Virus record (IMG/VR): IMGVR_UViG_3300028840_006257
Span: 62,001 to 126,000 of that record
Strand: one strand, 5' to 3'
DNA: 64,000 nucleotides
Part shown: in pieces, positions 18,009 to 28,100 of the stretch
How the letters are laid out: every line of letters starts with the position of its first letter
Position numbering within the stretch: the stretch's first letter is position 1
Notes under the pieces: model-generated
The model's input: only the letters and a program-made list of their open reading frames with translations
What the model was told of the DNA's origin: nothing
Database searches by the model: none
Translations under genes and position numbers: made by a program

Positions 18009-20606
18009 GTGACCCCTGAACAACTCGAACAGGTTCTTGCGGCGTTTGCGTCCGACGACGCGGCCGCCGTGATTGCGAAATGCACAGGTGTGCCACGGGG
18101 TCACGTCTACAAGCTCTGGAAAGAACAGTTCGGACCGCGAGCTCTTCGGGATCGGGGCAACCGACTTCGCGGCCTGGCGAAGAGTCGTTCGGGAAACTCG
18201 GCCAGAACTGAGGTTCGCGACGCCGCCATCGCTGCCTTCGAAGAGGGGGAGGCGATGAAGGCCGTCGCGCTCCGGTTGGGGGTTCACTACACGCAGATTC
18301 GTGAGTGGTGGGTTGAGGTTTACGGGGTGGAGACGGTGGCCGAGCGGGGCCGTGCCCTTCAGAGGACTCGAACTCGTGCTAACCATGAGAGGCTCAGGGG
18401 AAAAGCGCGAAAGGTCCGCGTTATCTCGGTACCTTGTGACGCGTGCGGTCGGGATCTTGAGGTTTCTACCATCTCGGCGGCTAAAAGTTCGCGAATCGTG
18501 TGTTCCTCCTGCGAGCAGTCGGAACGAGGGGCCGACACCGCGTGTCCCGTCTGTGGTCGACTCTGCGTCGGGAAAAGGGGACTCGCGAGCCACTTAGGGA
18601 GCGCCAAAGATGAGGTCCATCGCGAGTATCTTCGGCACCAGGAAGAAGAGCGTCTTGGAGAGGAGGGTCACGGGCACGTGGTGTGCCTTGAGTGCGGCCA
18701 TCGTGCTCGGAATCTGTGGAAGCATCTTGAGGCGGAACACGAGATGACACCCTCCGAGTATGTCGGAAAGTGGCCGGGTGCGTGCTGGCGTACCGAGGCG
18801 GCAGAACGAGCACGAGTGCGACGGTCCTCTGAGGCACGTTCGGCCAGCGGCTTTGGAAAGGGGACGCGGAAGATCGTGGCATGTCCCCAGTGTTCAACGG
18901 AGGTCGAGGTCTCTCGTTTTGCGGGGCCGCTTCACGATCTACGCTGTGACGAGTGCAGGGCAGAGGACGAACTGAAGACATGGTGTGGGAAGAGCGAACC
19001 CGAGGACTACGTCTCCTGTCGAGAGTGTGGATTTCGGGCAGAATTTCTCATCTCTCATGTCCGATCCGCACACGACCTTGCAGAGTACGTGACTCGTCAT
19101 CCGGATGCGCCGTTCACGGCGTGTCGGGCTGGTCAGCGGAAATCACCGAGTACGAAGCTCGTGCTAACGAAGGAGCAGCTGGTGCCCTTCATGGATGAGG
19201 GGCGCGTTGTCGCGGCCGCCGCGGCGAGGGCCTTCGGGTGCGCGCAGTTTCAAATTCGTCGGGCGTGCAACGAGCTGGGGCTGCAAACCCGACGGCGGCT
19301 CGCCTGGCAGAAAGCGGTCCTGGATCGTGCCGCGTCGTATCTGGGCGTCGGCTACAAGTCGGAGTGGACCGATTCAAGGATCGTCAACGAGGCAACCGGC
19401 CGGAAGCTTCACTACGATGGCTTCTTTCCTTCCCGGAACTTGATCATCGAGGCTCACGGGGACCAGCATTTCTTCTTCATCGAAGCGTGGCACCGCACCT
19501 ACGAGGAGTTCGAACGCCTGCGCGAGTTGGATCGCTTCAAGCTCAGGCGCGCTCAGGAGCTCGGGTTTGCCGTGAAGGTCGTCCGGTACGGGGACGCGAT
19601 TCACGAGAGAGGCTTCTGGAGACGGCTCCTGGAGGACGACCGGGCGCTGTGGGCCAACAAGTCGGAGAGCGAGCGCCGGGACGACGTGGAGAGGGTGCTG
19701 CGGGAACTGAGGGTCTCGGGATTCCCCGACATCCTTCCCTCCCCGAAGACACGCGCCGAATTCACGAAACTCCAGAGACAGACGATCTATCTGGACTCGT
19801 CGGGAACGATCCGTCCACAGACGACGCGAGGCACGACGGCGTGTGCCTCTTTTTTTCCGAACAGGTACCGGGCCCGTTACAAGGGGGCGCCGAGCGTGCT
19901 GGAGGCGTGGGACGACGACGACAGGTTGCGCAGGGCAGTTCGGGTACAGATGGAGGCGGGACATCCCACCACCCCTCACCGTGTGCTGCGGGCCCTCCAG
20001 ATGATCTGTCGAACGCCCTCCGTGTTTCGTCCCGGAGTCGCCAAATACGTCTGTCAGACCTACTGTCGCGAGGGGGGGACCGTCTGGGATCCGTGTGCCG
20101 GCTACGGGGGGCGTCTTTTCGGCGCGATGGCAACGCACGTGGGGGCCTACCTGGGCACGGACGTCGAGCCCGAGATCGTCGAGGGAAATCGGAGATTGGC
20201 GCAGGAGATCGGCGTCTCCGATCGATGTCAAGTGGTTCAGGCGGCGGCCGAAGAGTTCGATCCCGAGTCCCCCCTCGATTTGGTATTCACGTCTCCACCG
20301 TACTACGACCTTGAAAGCTACGGGTCGCGGTCCGATGCTCGGGCCTACTCCGACGTGGGCGAGTGGCTTGAGCGTTTCCTGGTGCCCGTGATCAACAAGG
20401 GCGCCGAGCATCTCAGGTCCGGCGCCTACTTGATCCTGAATCTTCCGGCCAAACCCCGCGCCGGCGTCGTCCTTGCCGACGAGGCCGTCAAGATCGCCGT
20501 ACGAGCTGGTCTCGGGGTTCAGCCCGTCGTTTTCATGCCCGTCAGGCGCCTTCGGACCTCTCGATCTGCATGGAAGGACCCGCTAGTCGTTTTTCGCAAG
20601 CCGTAG
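18009..20606 (+). CDS. Fusion: HTH and Zn-finger array, Vsr/DUF559-like PD-(D/E)xK endonuclease, and amino-DNA methyltransferase (SPPY)
   Basis: Repeated CxxC/C2H2 units (CPVCG...SHL, CLECG...KHLEAEH, CRECG...SHVRSAH). Nuclease motif LHYDGFF...IIEAHGDQHF (19407-19472). MTase motif I DPCAGYGG (20088) and motif IV FTSPPYY (20286-20306). Codon usage is more AT-rich than the flanks. Confidence 0.85.
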   Translation: MTPEQLEQVLAAFASDDAAAVIAKCTGVPRGHVYKLWKEQFGPRALRDRGNRLRGLAKSRSGNSARTEVRDAAIAAFEEGEAMKAVALRLGVHYTQIREWWVEVYGVETVAERGRALQRTRTRANHERLRGKARKVRVISVPCDACGRDLEVSTISAAKSSRIVCSSCEQSERGADTACPVCGRLCVGKRGLASHLGSAKDEVHREYLRHQEEERLGEEGHGHVVCLECGHRARNLWKHLEAEHEMTPSEYVGKWPGACWRTEAAERARVRRSSEARSASGFGKGTRKIVACPQCSTEVEVSRFAGPLHDLRCDECRAEDELKTWCGKSEPEDYVSCRECGFRAEFLISHVRSAHDLAEYVTRHPDAPFTACRAGQRKSPSTKLVLTKEQLVPFMDEGRVVAAAAARAFGCAQFQIRRACNELGLQTRRRLAWQKAVLDRAASYLGVGYKSEWTDSRIVNEATGRKLHYDGFFPSRNLIIEAHGDQHFFFIEAWHRTYEEFERLRELDRFKLRRAQELGFAVKVVRYGDAIHERGFWRRLLEDDRALWANKSESERRDDVERVLRELRVSGFPDILPSPKTRAEFTKLQRQTIYLDSSGTIRPQTTRGTTACASFFPNRYRARYKGAPSVLEAWDDDDRLRRAVRVQMEAGHPTTPHRVLRALQMICRTPSVFRPGVAKYVCQTYCREGGTVWDPCAGYGGRLFGAMATHVGAYLGTDVEPEIVEGNRRLAQEIGVSDRCQVVQAAAEEFDPESPLDLVFTSPPYYDLESYGSRSDARAYSDVGEWLERFLVPVINKGAEHLRSGAYLILNLPAKPRAGVVLADEAVKIAVRAGLGVQPVVFMPVRRLRTSRSAWKDPLVVFRKP

Positions 20607-20659
20607 ATCTCTCCGCTTTTCCCCCTATCGGGCCCCCTCGGCATCAGGAGGGCACTGTC

Positions 20660-21055
20660 ATGCGGGACGACCTGTACGCGGGCTGGCATCTGCTCTTCGA
20701 TGCCTTCGTAGACCCCGAGCACGCCGAGCGTCTGGACGACGCCGAGTTTCTTGAACGGTTATTCCGAGATCTCGTGGAAGTGCTCGACATGGAGATCCTC
20801 GGGGAACCGGCGTTCAAGAAGATTCCCTGCGATCCCTCCAGGCTGGACACGGAGCATGACGAGGGCGGCGTGACGGGTACCGTCATCGTCACCACGAGCC
20901 ACCTGAGCATCCACACGTGGCCCCTGCGGAAACGCTTCTGCCTCGACGTGTTCTCGTGCAAGCAGTTCGATCACCTCGCGGTCGAGAGGCTCGTGAGGGC
21001 ACGCCTCCGCGTCGAGAGGCGGTCGAGTCGCTGGATCCCACGGACGTGGCCGTGA
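20660..21055 (+). CDS. speD: S-adenosylmethionine decarboxylase proenzyme family (class 1B)
   Basis: GWHLLFD...GGVTGTVIVTTSHLSIHTWP...LDVFSC; RBS AGGAGG before ATG 20660; 131 aa. Confidence 0.85.
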   Translation: MRDDLYAGWHLLFDAFVDPEHAERLDDAEFLERLFRDLVEVLDMEILGEPAFKKIPCDPSRLDTEHDEGGVTGTVIVTTSHLSIHTWPLRKRFCLDVFSCKQFDHLAVERLVRARLRVERRSSRWIPRTWP

Positions 21056-21258
21056 GCGATTTTCACGAACGGCTCTCCGAATTCATGAACGTGTCGCCGA
21101 CCGAGCTCGCGCGTCGGCTCAGAAGAGAGGATGACCCCGAGAAGCGCCGAGCGATGCGCCGGGCCCTCGAGGCATGGCGGCTGACGGAGGGGAATCCCCT
21201 GACCCGGAGTGCCTCGCGCGTCGCCCGCACGTGGCTGGCTTCGTTTCTACGTTTATAG
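21052..21258 (+). CDS. Small basic hypothetical protein (68 aa) ending SASRVARTWLASF
   Basis: GTGA overlap with the speD stop; alternative ATG at 21085. Confidence 0.55.
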   Translation: MSDFHERLSEFMNVSPTELARRLRREDDPEKRRAMRRALEAWRLTEGNPLTRSASRVARTWLASFLRL

Positions 21259-21333
21259 GCGGTCGATCTACAGGAGGGGACCGTCCTGTCCCCATTTTGA
21301 GCGGTGTAAGCCGCCTGACGAGAGGAAGGCAAC

Positions 21334-22125
21334 ATGGCTAACAAAGACCTCGCCCCCGCGAACGGCGTACAGGGCTCGAGCTACATCTACGACTTCGGAA
21401 CGTCCCCGCAGACGCGAACGGCGGTGAGTCAGAAGGTCCGTCTCCTGACGCCGGCCTACGGCTCGGATGCGAACCTCCTGTTCCAGATGGGGGTCCTGAG
21501 CTCCTTCACGCCGAACGAGACGCGCACGATCGACACCCTGCGCGGGATCGGCTTCGGCGACATGATCGCCGAGCTCGTGCCGTCGGTGACGGAGGCGATG
21601 ACGGCCGGCTTCGAGCGGGCACTCCTGTACCTCTCGAACCTCTGGCAGGCCACGGGCTACGCGGGGGGCGCCTCGGGCCCCGTCAGGAGCCTGCGGCACC
21701 ATCGCTGGCCCTTCGACATCGAGCAGCAGCTCGTGTTCTCGACCCTCGCCGACTACGACCTCACGGGTCAGGCGGGCGTCGGGTTCAACGGGGGCGGCGG
21801 CACCTTCGACGGGGGCGTGAAGGAGATCGTCTACCCGCAGGTCACCAACGATCCCAACAACTTCCCCGGCGACCTCCGGGGTCACACGGCGATCATCACG
21901 CTCTACGAGACCTGCTGGTTCAACTCCTGGTCCCTCACGAACGTGAGCCGCGACACGGGGATGCTGATGGAGACCGGGGACGTGACCATCAGCGACGTCC
22001 ACGACTTCAGCTCCGAGTACGGAGAGTTCCTCGCCACCGGCAACGACCCGACCATCGGTCAGGTCGGGTCCGTCCGGTTCAACGTGGGCGATCAGCGGAC
22101 CGCCTCCGACTTCATCACGACGTAA
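21334..22125 (+). CDS. Tail tube protein
   Basis: 263 aa, downstream of the sheath, RBS GAGGAAGG. Pattern QMGVLSSFTPNETRTIDTLRGIG...PFDIEQQ...TLYETCWFNSWS matches gp19-type tube strands. Confidence 0.8.
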   Translation: MANKDLAPANGVQGSSYIYDFGTSPQTRTAVSQKVRLLTPAYGSDANLLFQMGVLSSFTPNETRTIDTLRGIGFGDMIAELVPSVTEAMTAGFERALLYLSNLWQATGYAGGASGPVRSLRHHRWPFDIEQQLVFSTLADYDLTGQAGVGFNGGGGTFDGGVKEIVYPQVTNDPNNFPGDLRGHTAIITLYETCWFNSWSLTNVSRDTGMLMETGDVTISDVHDFSSEYGEFLATGNDPTIGQVGSVRFNVGDQRTASDFITT

Positions 22126-22233
22126 CCCTGAGACTTCGCGGGTAGGGTGAGGGAAAGCGCCCTTCCCGCACGGTGCCTCTCGGCCCCAGGGTTGGGAGGT
22201 CTTAGTGCTAACCGAGCAATCGGTGGAGCGTCG

Positions 22234-22352
22234 CAGACGCAAACGTGAATGTGAAACACATGGGAACGAACAGATCCCTCGAGCTGTAGCCTCCTCCTCT
22301 CCCTCGGGAGACGGTCAGATGTGGACGAGAATGGGATCGAACCAATGTGAAT
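22234..22352 (+). repeat. Dispersed non-coding element, copy B
   Basis: TCTCCC-TC-GGGAGA-CGGTCAGA (22298-22319), plus GAATGGGATCGAAC and ATGTGAAT, collinear with copy A. Confidence 0.8.
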
Positions 22353-22408
22353 CTCTTGCGCTGTGAAAACGACCCACCGGCTTGCTCCACGACAGAGTGG
22401 AGAGAGTC

Positions 22409-23857
22409 ATGGTCACTTTAAAAGCCCTTGAGGCCGCGATCGTTCAGGTCGAGCGCATCCGCGATTTCGAGTATTCGTTCGAAGCCAATGACGTCGAGAT
22501 CACGCTGAGACCTCTGCGTCCCGACGAAGAGACCGAGGTCCAGCGATATGCCCAGATCGCGATGGAGGACTTGGAGGAGGGTGAGGCGACTCAGGCGGCC
22601 TTCGCTGACTTCATGGATAGGATGCGGCATGCTTCGTTGGCGTTCGCCATCGTGCAGATTGGGGACCTGGATCTTCGGGACGTCGAGTACGTCGAGACTG
22701 GCGAGCAGGACGAACAGGGCAGGCCCGTCTCGGTGCCGAAGTGGGAGGGTCTCCGGAACATGATCGGGCAGGAGTGGACGCGCTCAATGCTCAGTCAAGT
22801 GTTCGCGCGATTCGGAGAACTTCTCGAACGAGTGGAGCTGAGAGCGTCCAAAAGCGTGAAATTCGACGCCGTCGACCTGGACGAGGAGATCGCTCGTGTG
22901 GAACGGCGGCTCGCCGAGCTCCGCGCCGCGAAGCAGACTCTTGAGGCATCTCCTGAGGAGGACAACGTACGCAAACAGCAGCGTCTCCTGACGGAGATTC
23001 AGAGGACTCGGCAGCAGCAACATGACAACATCCGCGGCGGCACGGCGACGGGGGACGTCGAGGAGTCCGCGAGCGCGTCGGAGCCCTCAGGAGAGAAAGT
23101 CGAGGCGTCGAAACCCGCACCGAGCGACGGTTCGGCAGTCGAACCCCGGCCCTCCTCGGCTGAGACGACCTCTCGACCCGTGGGAGAGCGGCCCTCGGCT
23201 TTCCCCGATGCCGGGCCTCCGCCTGAAGTCGATCGGCCGGACGCTTCTGAGGGGCCTCTCGGCGGCGCCGAGACGCAGGACCAGGAAGGTTCCGAATCCC
23301 CGTCGAAGCGTACCGAAGCCGTCGATTCACAGAACATTCCACTTCCACATGGAGGAGACTCCTTCTTTGATCCCACTGACCCAGATGAGGCCATGGAGAT
23401 CGAGGCCCATCGTCAGGAGATGCTGCATCGGCAGCACATCCTCCGACAACGCGAACGTAGGCTGGAGGAACAGAGACGCGAGGCTTTGGGGATGCCGAGT
23501 GCGGCTGAGGCGGCTCGAAAGGCGCAAGAGGCCCAGAGACAGGCGCAGGTCCCGCAGAAGGCAGCTCGGCTCGATCCTCGCACGAGCTCCCTGAGAGAGG
23601 CCGCCAACGTCTCCGATGCCGTCTTCGACGCAGGCACCGGCAGCATTCAGTCGGCGCGCCCCCCAACTCCTCGATCGCAGAGATCCGGTAAGGGGACGAC
23701 GGCCACCTTACACGGCAAGCCCGTCTACAAGATGCCCCCACAGACTCTTGAGAGGAAGGAGGCCACCGGAACGCCGGATCAAGGCGAACCCATGGTGCCG
23801 ATCAACCCGCCTCCGGGATCGAGGAACGAGCGATTCAGAGGTCCTGGCGAACGGTAG
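22409..23857 (+). CDS. Tail assembly chaperone-like protein with long low-complexity C-terminal region
   Basis: Lies between the tube and tape measure genes. Acidic folded N-terminal ~170 aa (ITLRPLR...SLAFAIVQIG) then a Pro/Ser/Glu-rich tail. ATG 22409 after GGAGAG. Confidence 0.6.
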   Translation: MVTLKALEAAIVQVERIRDFEYSFEANDVEITLRPLRPDEETEVQRYAQIAMEDLEEGEATQAAFADFMDRMRHASLAFAIVQIGDLDLRDVEYVETGEQDEQGRPVSVPKWEGLRNMIGQEWTRSMLSQVFARFGELLERVELRASKSVKFDAVDLDEEIARVERRLAELRAAKQTLEASPEEDNVRKQQRLLTEIQRTRQQQHDNIRGGTATGDVEESASASEPSGEKVEASKPAPSDGSAVEPRPSSAETTSRPVGERPSAFPDAGPPPEVDRPDASEGPLGGAETQDQEGSESPSKRTEAVDSQNIPLPHGGDSFFDPTDPDEAMEIEAHRQEMLHRQHILRQRERRLEEQRREALGMPSAAEAARKAQEAQRQAQVPQKAARLDPRTSSLREAANVSDAVFDAGTGSIQSARPPTPRSQRSGKGTTATLHGKPVYKMPPQTLERKEATGTPDQGEPMVPINPPPGSRNERFRGPGER

Positions 23858-23860
23858 AGA

Positions 23861-25105
23861 ATGCAGCTTCCCAAGACCACCTCAGACGAGAGGACGTCCA
23901 TTTATGACGACGTGCGAGCTCTGATCGTACCCGGATTCATTGCTCATCCTCTTGAGGTGCACGGAGCGCGTTTCGTCATGCGCTCACTCGATGCTTCGGA
24001 CTGGCATCTTTTGAGGTTCAGAGCACACGGTCTCCGGGATCGAGAGTGGATCGCGTGGGTGGTCGCATCGTCGATCTGGATGGCCGACGGCATCGTCTAC
24101 ATGGGTGAAGAAGAGGCGCTGCGAATGCTCGTCGAGATGTGTCGCAGGCTCCCGACGACGGTTCTCGACGACCTTTATGGAATCCTCGATGGTCTCATGC
24201 GGAGGATGCGGCGTGCCACAGAGATAATCGAAGCGTTCCTGTACGAGGCGGAGTCGCGTCAGCTCTGGCGCAGCGAGGGAAACGCCGTCTTGGCCCGCGT
24301 TGGAAGCCCAGGTCTGCTGCGTTCGCACAACCCTGTTTTGCAGCTGTGGATCTTCTTCAATCAGATGGAAGACGCTCGCGAGCATGACGACTACCTCTGG
24401 TCCTTGGCCAAGTTCGTGGCAGGTCCGCACGTCCCGAAGGGTGTCAAGAAGCTGAACGCCAAGGACAAGCAACGAGAGACCGACCTGCGGAATAGACGGC
24501 AGGGCGTGATGGATCGCGCCTACTACGAGACGAGAGGCGTCATTCCCAGGCGAGAACGGGATGCCAACGGGAAGAAATCGAGACGGCGATTCCAGGAAGT
24601 ACACATGGCCGAGTCTCCCGAGGAGCTCAGGGAGGAAATGCGTCGATGGGTCCTCGGAGTAAAGGACGACCATGATCGTGTCGTCGACGGGGTAAAGGCT
24701 CGGATCAAACACGAGGTCGAGATGCACCGACGAGAAGATGCGGAGCGTCGGATAGCTCTCCAGCGTGCGATGGAGGAGGAGGGCATGACCCGAACCGGGC
24801 TCGTCCCACTCGTCGGCGAGGCGGGACGAGAGTTCATCGAACGCATGAAGGCTCGCGTACCTGGTCTGTCGAGAGTGCACGACGAAAAGGGACACAACAG
24901 CGCTTACGAGAAGTACATCGCCAACAATCCCGAGGCAGGAGAACTTCGCGTTGCCGAAGATGGCCGCATCATCTCGGAGCGCCCCGTCGATCCTCGTTTG
25001 CTTGAGATGATGCGCGCCCCGGGGACCGGCGAAGAAACGCCGCTACAACGCCTAGTCGAAAAGCGTCGTCCCGTGGCGGTGATCGAGGAGGACGAGGAGC
25101 GGTAA
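23861..25105 (+). CDS. Second tail assembly chaperone-like protein
   Basis: 414 aa, directly before the tape measure gene; helical and charged. Confidence 0.55.
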   Translation: MQLPKTTSDERTSIYDDVRALIVPGFIAHPLEVHGARFVMRSLDASDWHLLRFRAHGLRDREWIAWVVASSIWMADGIVYMGEEEALRMLVEMCRRLPTTVLDDLYGILDGLMRRMRRATEIIEAFLYEAESRQLWRSEGNAVLARVGSPGLLRSHNPVLQLWIFFNQMEDAREHDDYLWSLAKFVAGPHVPKGVKKLNAKDKQRETDLRNRRQGVMDRAYYETRGVIPRRERDANGKKSRRRFQEVHMAESPEELREEMRRWVLGVKDDHDRVVDGVKARIKHEVEMHRREDAERRIALQRAMEEEGMTRTGLVPLVGEAGREFIERMKARVPGLSRVHDEKGHNSAYEKYIANNPEAGELRVAEDGRIISERPVDPRLLEMMRAPGTGEETPLQRLVEKRRPVAVIEEDEER

Positions 25106-25108
25106 CAG

Positions 25109-28100
25109 ATGCCAGACCGTCCGCAATTGATCGCCGACGTCATCCTGGAAACGAGGGGTGCGCGAGACTTCGCGAACAAGTTCGGAAGCCTGCTTTCGAA
25201 GGCCGCGACGTCGTGGCGCGACGAGCTCAAGAAGACGACGGCGGAGGGGGCCAACGCTGGTTTTAAGCTGGCGATGGCTTCCGGCAAGAGCGGCGCGGCT
25301 ATGCGCGCCTTCGTGAAGTCCAACATCGCGGACGTCTACGGGAAGTTCATGCAGGAGCTTCGAGCCGGCAACGTCGCGGAAGCCGAGAGACTTGAGCGAA
25401 TTTTGGAATCACGCACGCGTCGCTTTCAGAAGGAGGCCGACTCGATAGCCGAAGCCTTCGCTCGCATGCAGGAGAGGCAGGCGCGGACCTTTACAGAACA
25501 CACGGACCAGTTCAAGGAGAAAATCGGTTTCTTGCAGCGAGGTCTTTTCGGAGGGCTTGCGGGATTCGCTGACTTGGCTCGCGGAGGCGGTGCCCTGACA
25601 CGACGTCTGGGCGAGGAGAGAATGGAGAGAGGCCGACGGCTGCAGAAGGCCGCCGGAGAAGCGGATCCGGCGGCGACGGCCCGAGCCAACCGCATGGCCA
25701 AGATGGGCAAGGCCATCGCGACCATCGGGAAGGCGACCGTTGCCTTCGCGGCCGTTGCCGGAGCTCTCCTCATGCTCATCAAACTCTTCGCCGATCTTGA
25801 ATCGAAGATCAAGGACATGAACAAGGAGCTGATCGGCTCGGCGGGCGCGGCCCAGTTTGGTCTCACTCATGTTGAAATCGTGAGCGGTAAGCTGGCCGAT
25901 CAACTGGAACGCATGCGGAAGGAGACCACGGGGCTCAACAAGAACTTCATGGCCTTCCGAGCTGGTGCAGAGGAGCAGCAGAGGATCCTCGCGGGCTTCA
26001 ACCAGGCCGGTTTCACGTTCGCACGCATGAGCGAGGAGATCCGGAAGGGAACCAAGTTCATGGAGTCCTACTCGGACATCACGGCCTTGGCACTCACCTA
26101 CGCTCGAAACCTCGGAATGGAGTCGAGCGAGGTCACCGAGAAGATGGGTCAGTTCGCGTTCGAGACGGGGATGGGTCTTCGCGACGTCGCCGAGCAGTTC
26201 AGCATCATCTCCCGGGAGGCGATGCTCGCGGGGTTCGTGACGAAGCGATTCTACGCCGCGGTGATCGAAGTCACTTCGGGCATGGCCTTCTACGGGGTAC
26301 GAATCGAGGAGACCACGAAGCTCCTCAAGACATTCGACGCGCTCCTCGGAGAGGCCGTCGGCGCGGAGGCGTTCAAGAGGCTCGTCGGACAGTACAAGGA
26401 CAAAGGGGCACAGGATCGGATACGAGAACTGATCCTCAAGGATCAGGAGTTCGCGCAGGAACAGTTCGCGAGTGCCTTCGAACGCCGGATTCGGCAGCTC
26501 GGTCAGGAATTCAGCACGCAGCTGGGAATGGATCCTCAGGAGGTCAGGGAATTGTTGGCCCTCGATGAGATTAGCATGACCGCTGCGCTCGAGAGACAAG
26601 GATTGAAACCTGAGGAGATCGCGAGATTCCGGGGCGCCAGGCTGGTGGGCCGCGCTGCTGGTGGCGGCCTCGGGGCCATGGAGAGGGCGATGCCGTATGC
26701 CGGGCCCGGGTTCGATGTCGCCATGGCCGCTCAGGCCACGCGCATATTCGGAGGAAGGCGCATCGACGAGGTGCTTCGAGAGATGGGCACGGGCCCTGAG
26801 GCAGCCGCACAGATGGCCGCCCTTGAAGAGGCCACGGGTCTCAGTCGCGACCTGATCGAAACGGTGGGAGCGCAGTTCACCACGATGGAGGGACATTTCC
26901 GCAACCTGCGACAGATTCAAGAGAAGATGGCCACGGGGACGCCACTCTCCGAGGAGGATAAGAGGATCCTGGAGGATCTTCGTGATAAGTTCGGCATTTA
27001 TGTTGACGAGTCCACCAAGAAGATCATGAAGGGAGATTTCGACGCGAACAAACAGCTCATCAAAGGTACCGGGATAGAGTTGAAGAATGTGATGGATGCC
27101 GTCACCGAGACGACCACCATGGGCGAGAAGGAGATCGAAGAACAGATGACGAAAGACCAGGAGATCGCCACGGAGATCTCCCACAGGATCACGGGCCTGA
27201 CGGAAGTCATGCAGCAGACGGTCCTTGGCGTCCTCAATGACATCTACGACGTGCTCGTCAGCATGGCCAAGTTCTTCTTCGAGGACGAAACGGAAAAGCT
27301 GGCGAGGTTCGCCGCGTTAGACGAGGCACACAAACAGCGAGAAGCGGCACAGGCGGAGGCCGAGGAGGCGCGGGAGAAGGAGAGGAAAGCTCGTCAGGCT
27401 TTGGAGGAGGCCAAAGCCGGGGGTGACGAGGAGAAGATCGCCCTCGCGGAGGAGAACCTCAAGGAGACTACCCGCGCTGCCGACGAGACAACCCGTCAGG
27501 CGGTGGCCACGGAGGCGGCCGCGCGGACGGCCGAGAACTTGACGGCCGAGCAGATCGCCGCGCAGGGAGCTGGTTTCAAGGCAGAGGTCGACGCCATCGA
27601 AGGTGCAACCGGGGTGAAACTCTTTCGAAGCGAGTCCTTCAAGAAATCCTTCGGAACCGCCCTCGAAGACGTTCTACCACGTCTTGGCAAGGAAGTGACC
27701 GAGGCCTCCTTCGGCATGAAGGTTTCCGAGGCCATGCTGGGTCTCTTTACAGGTCAACGCCCGTTGACTCGCGAAGAGCGTGCGGCGAAAGAGCTGCAGC
27801 CCAAGAAATTCGCCGAACAGTTCATCGCCCAGATGTCGGCGAGGCCGGCACTGCTTGAACAGGCCGGAGGAATCGAGAACGTGAGATCGGCTGCCGCGGC
27901 AGGCATGGCCCAGATGATGAAACACGAGGACTGGTCGGACATGTGGTGGACCGATCAGAACAAGAAGGAGTTCGCGGCGATATTCTCCGCCGCTGCCTCG
28001 ACCGCACTTGCCGCCAATCTTCCCACCCAGGCCGAGCGGGAGCGACTGGAGGCCGAGCGTAAGGCGGAAACCGATCAGCTCATCAGAGGGCTGCAGGAAA

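Noticed and set aside
22417-22423. Slippery heptamer T TTA AAA in the first chaperone-like gene
   Set aside because: It is at codons 3-5 and the -1 frame stops within a few codons (TGA), so it cannot make a G/GT-type extension.
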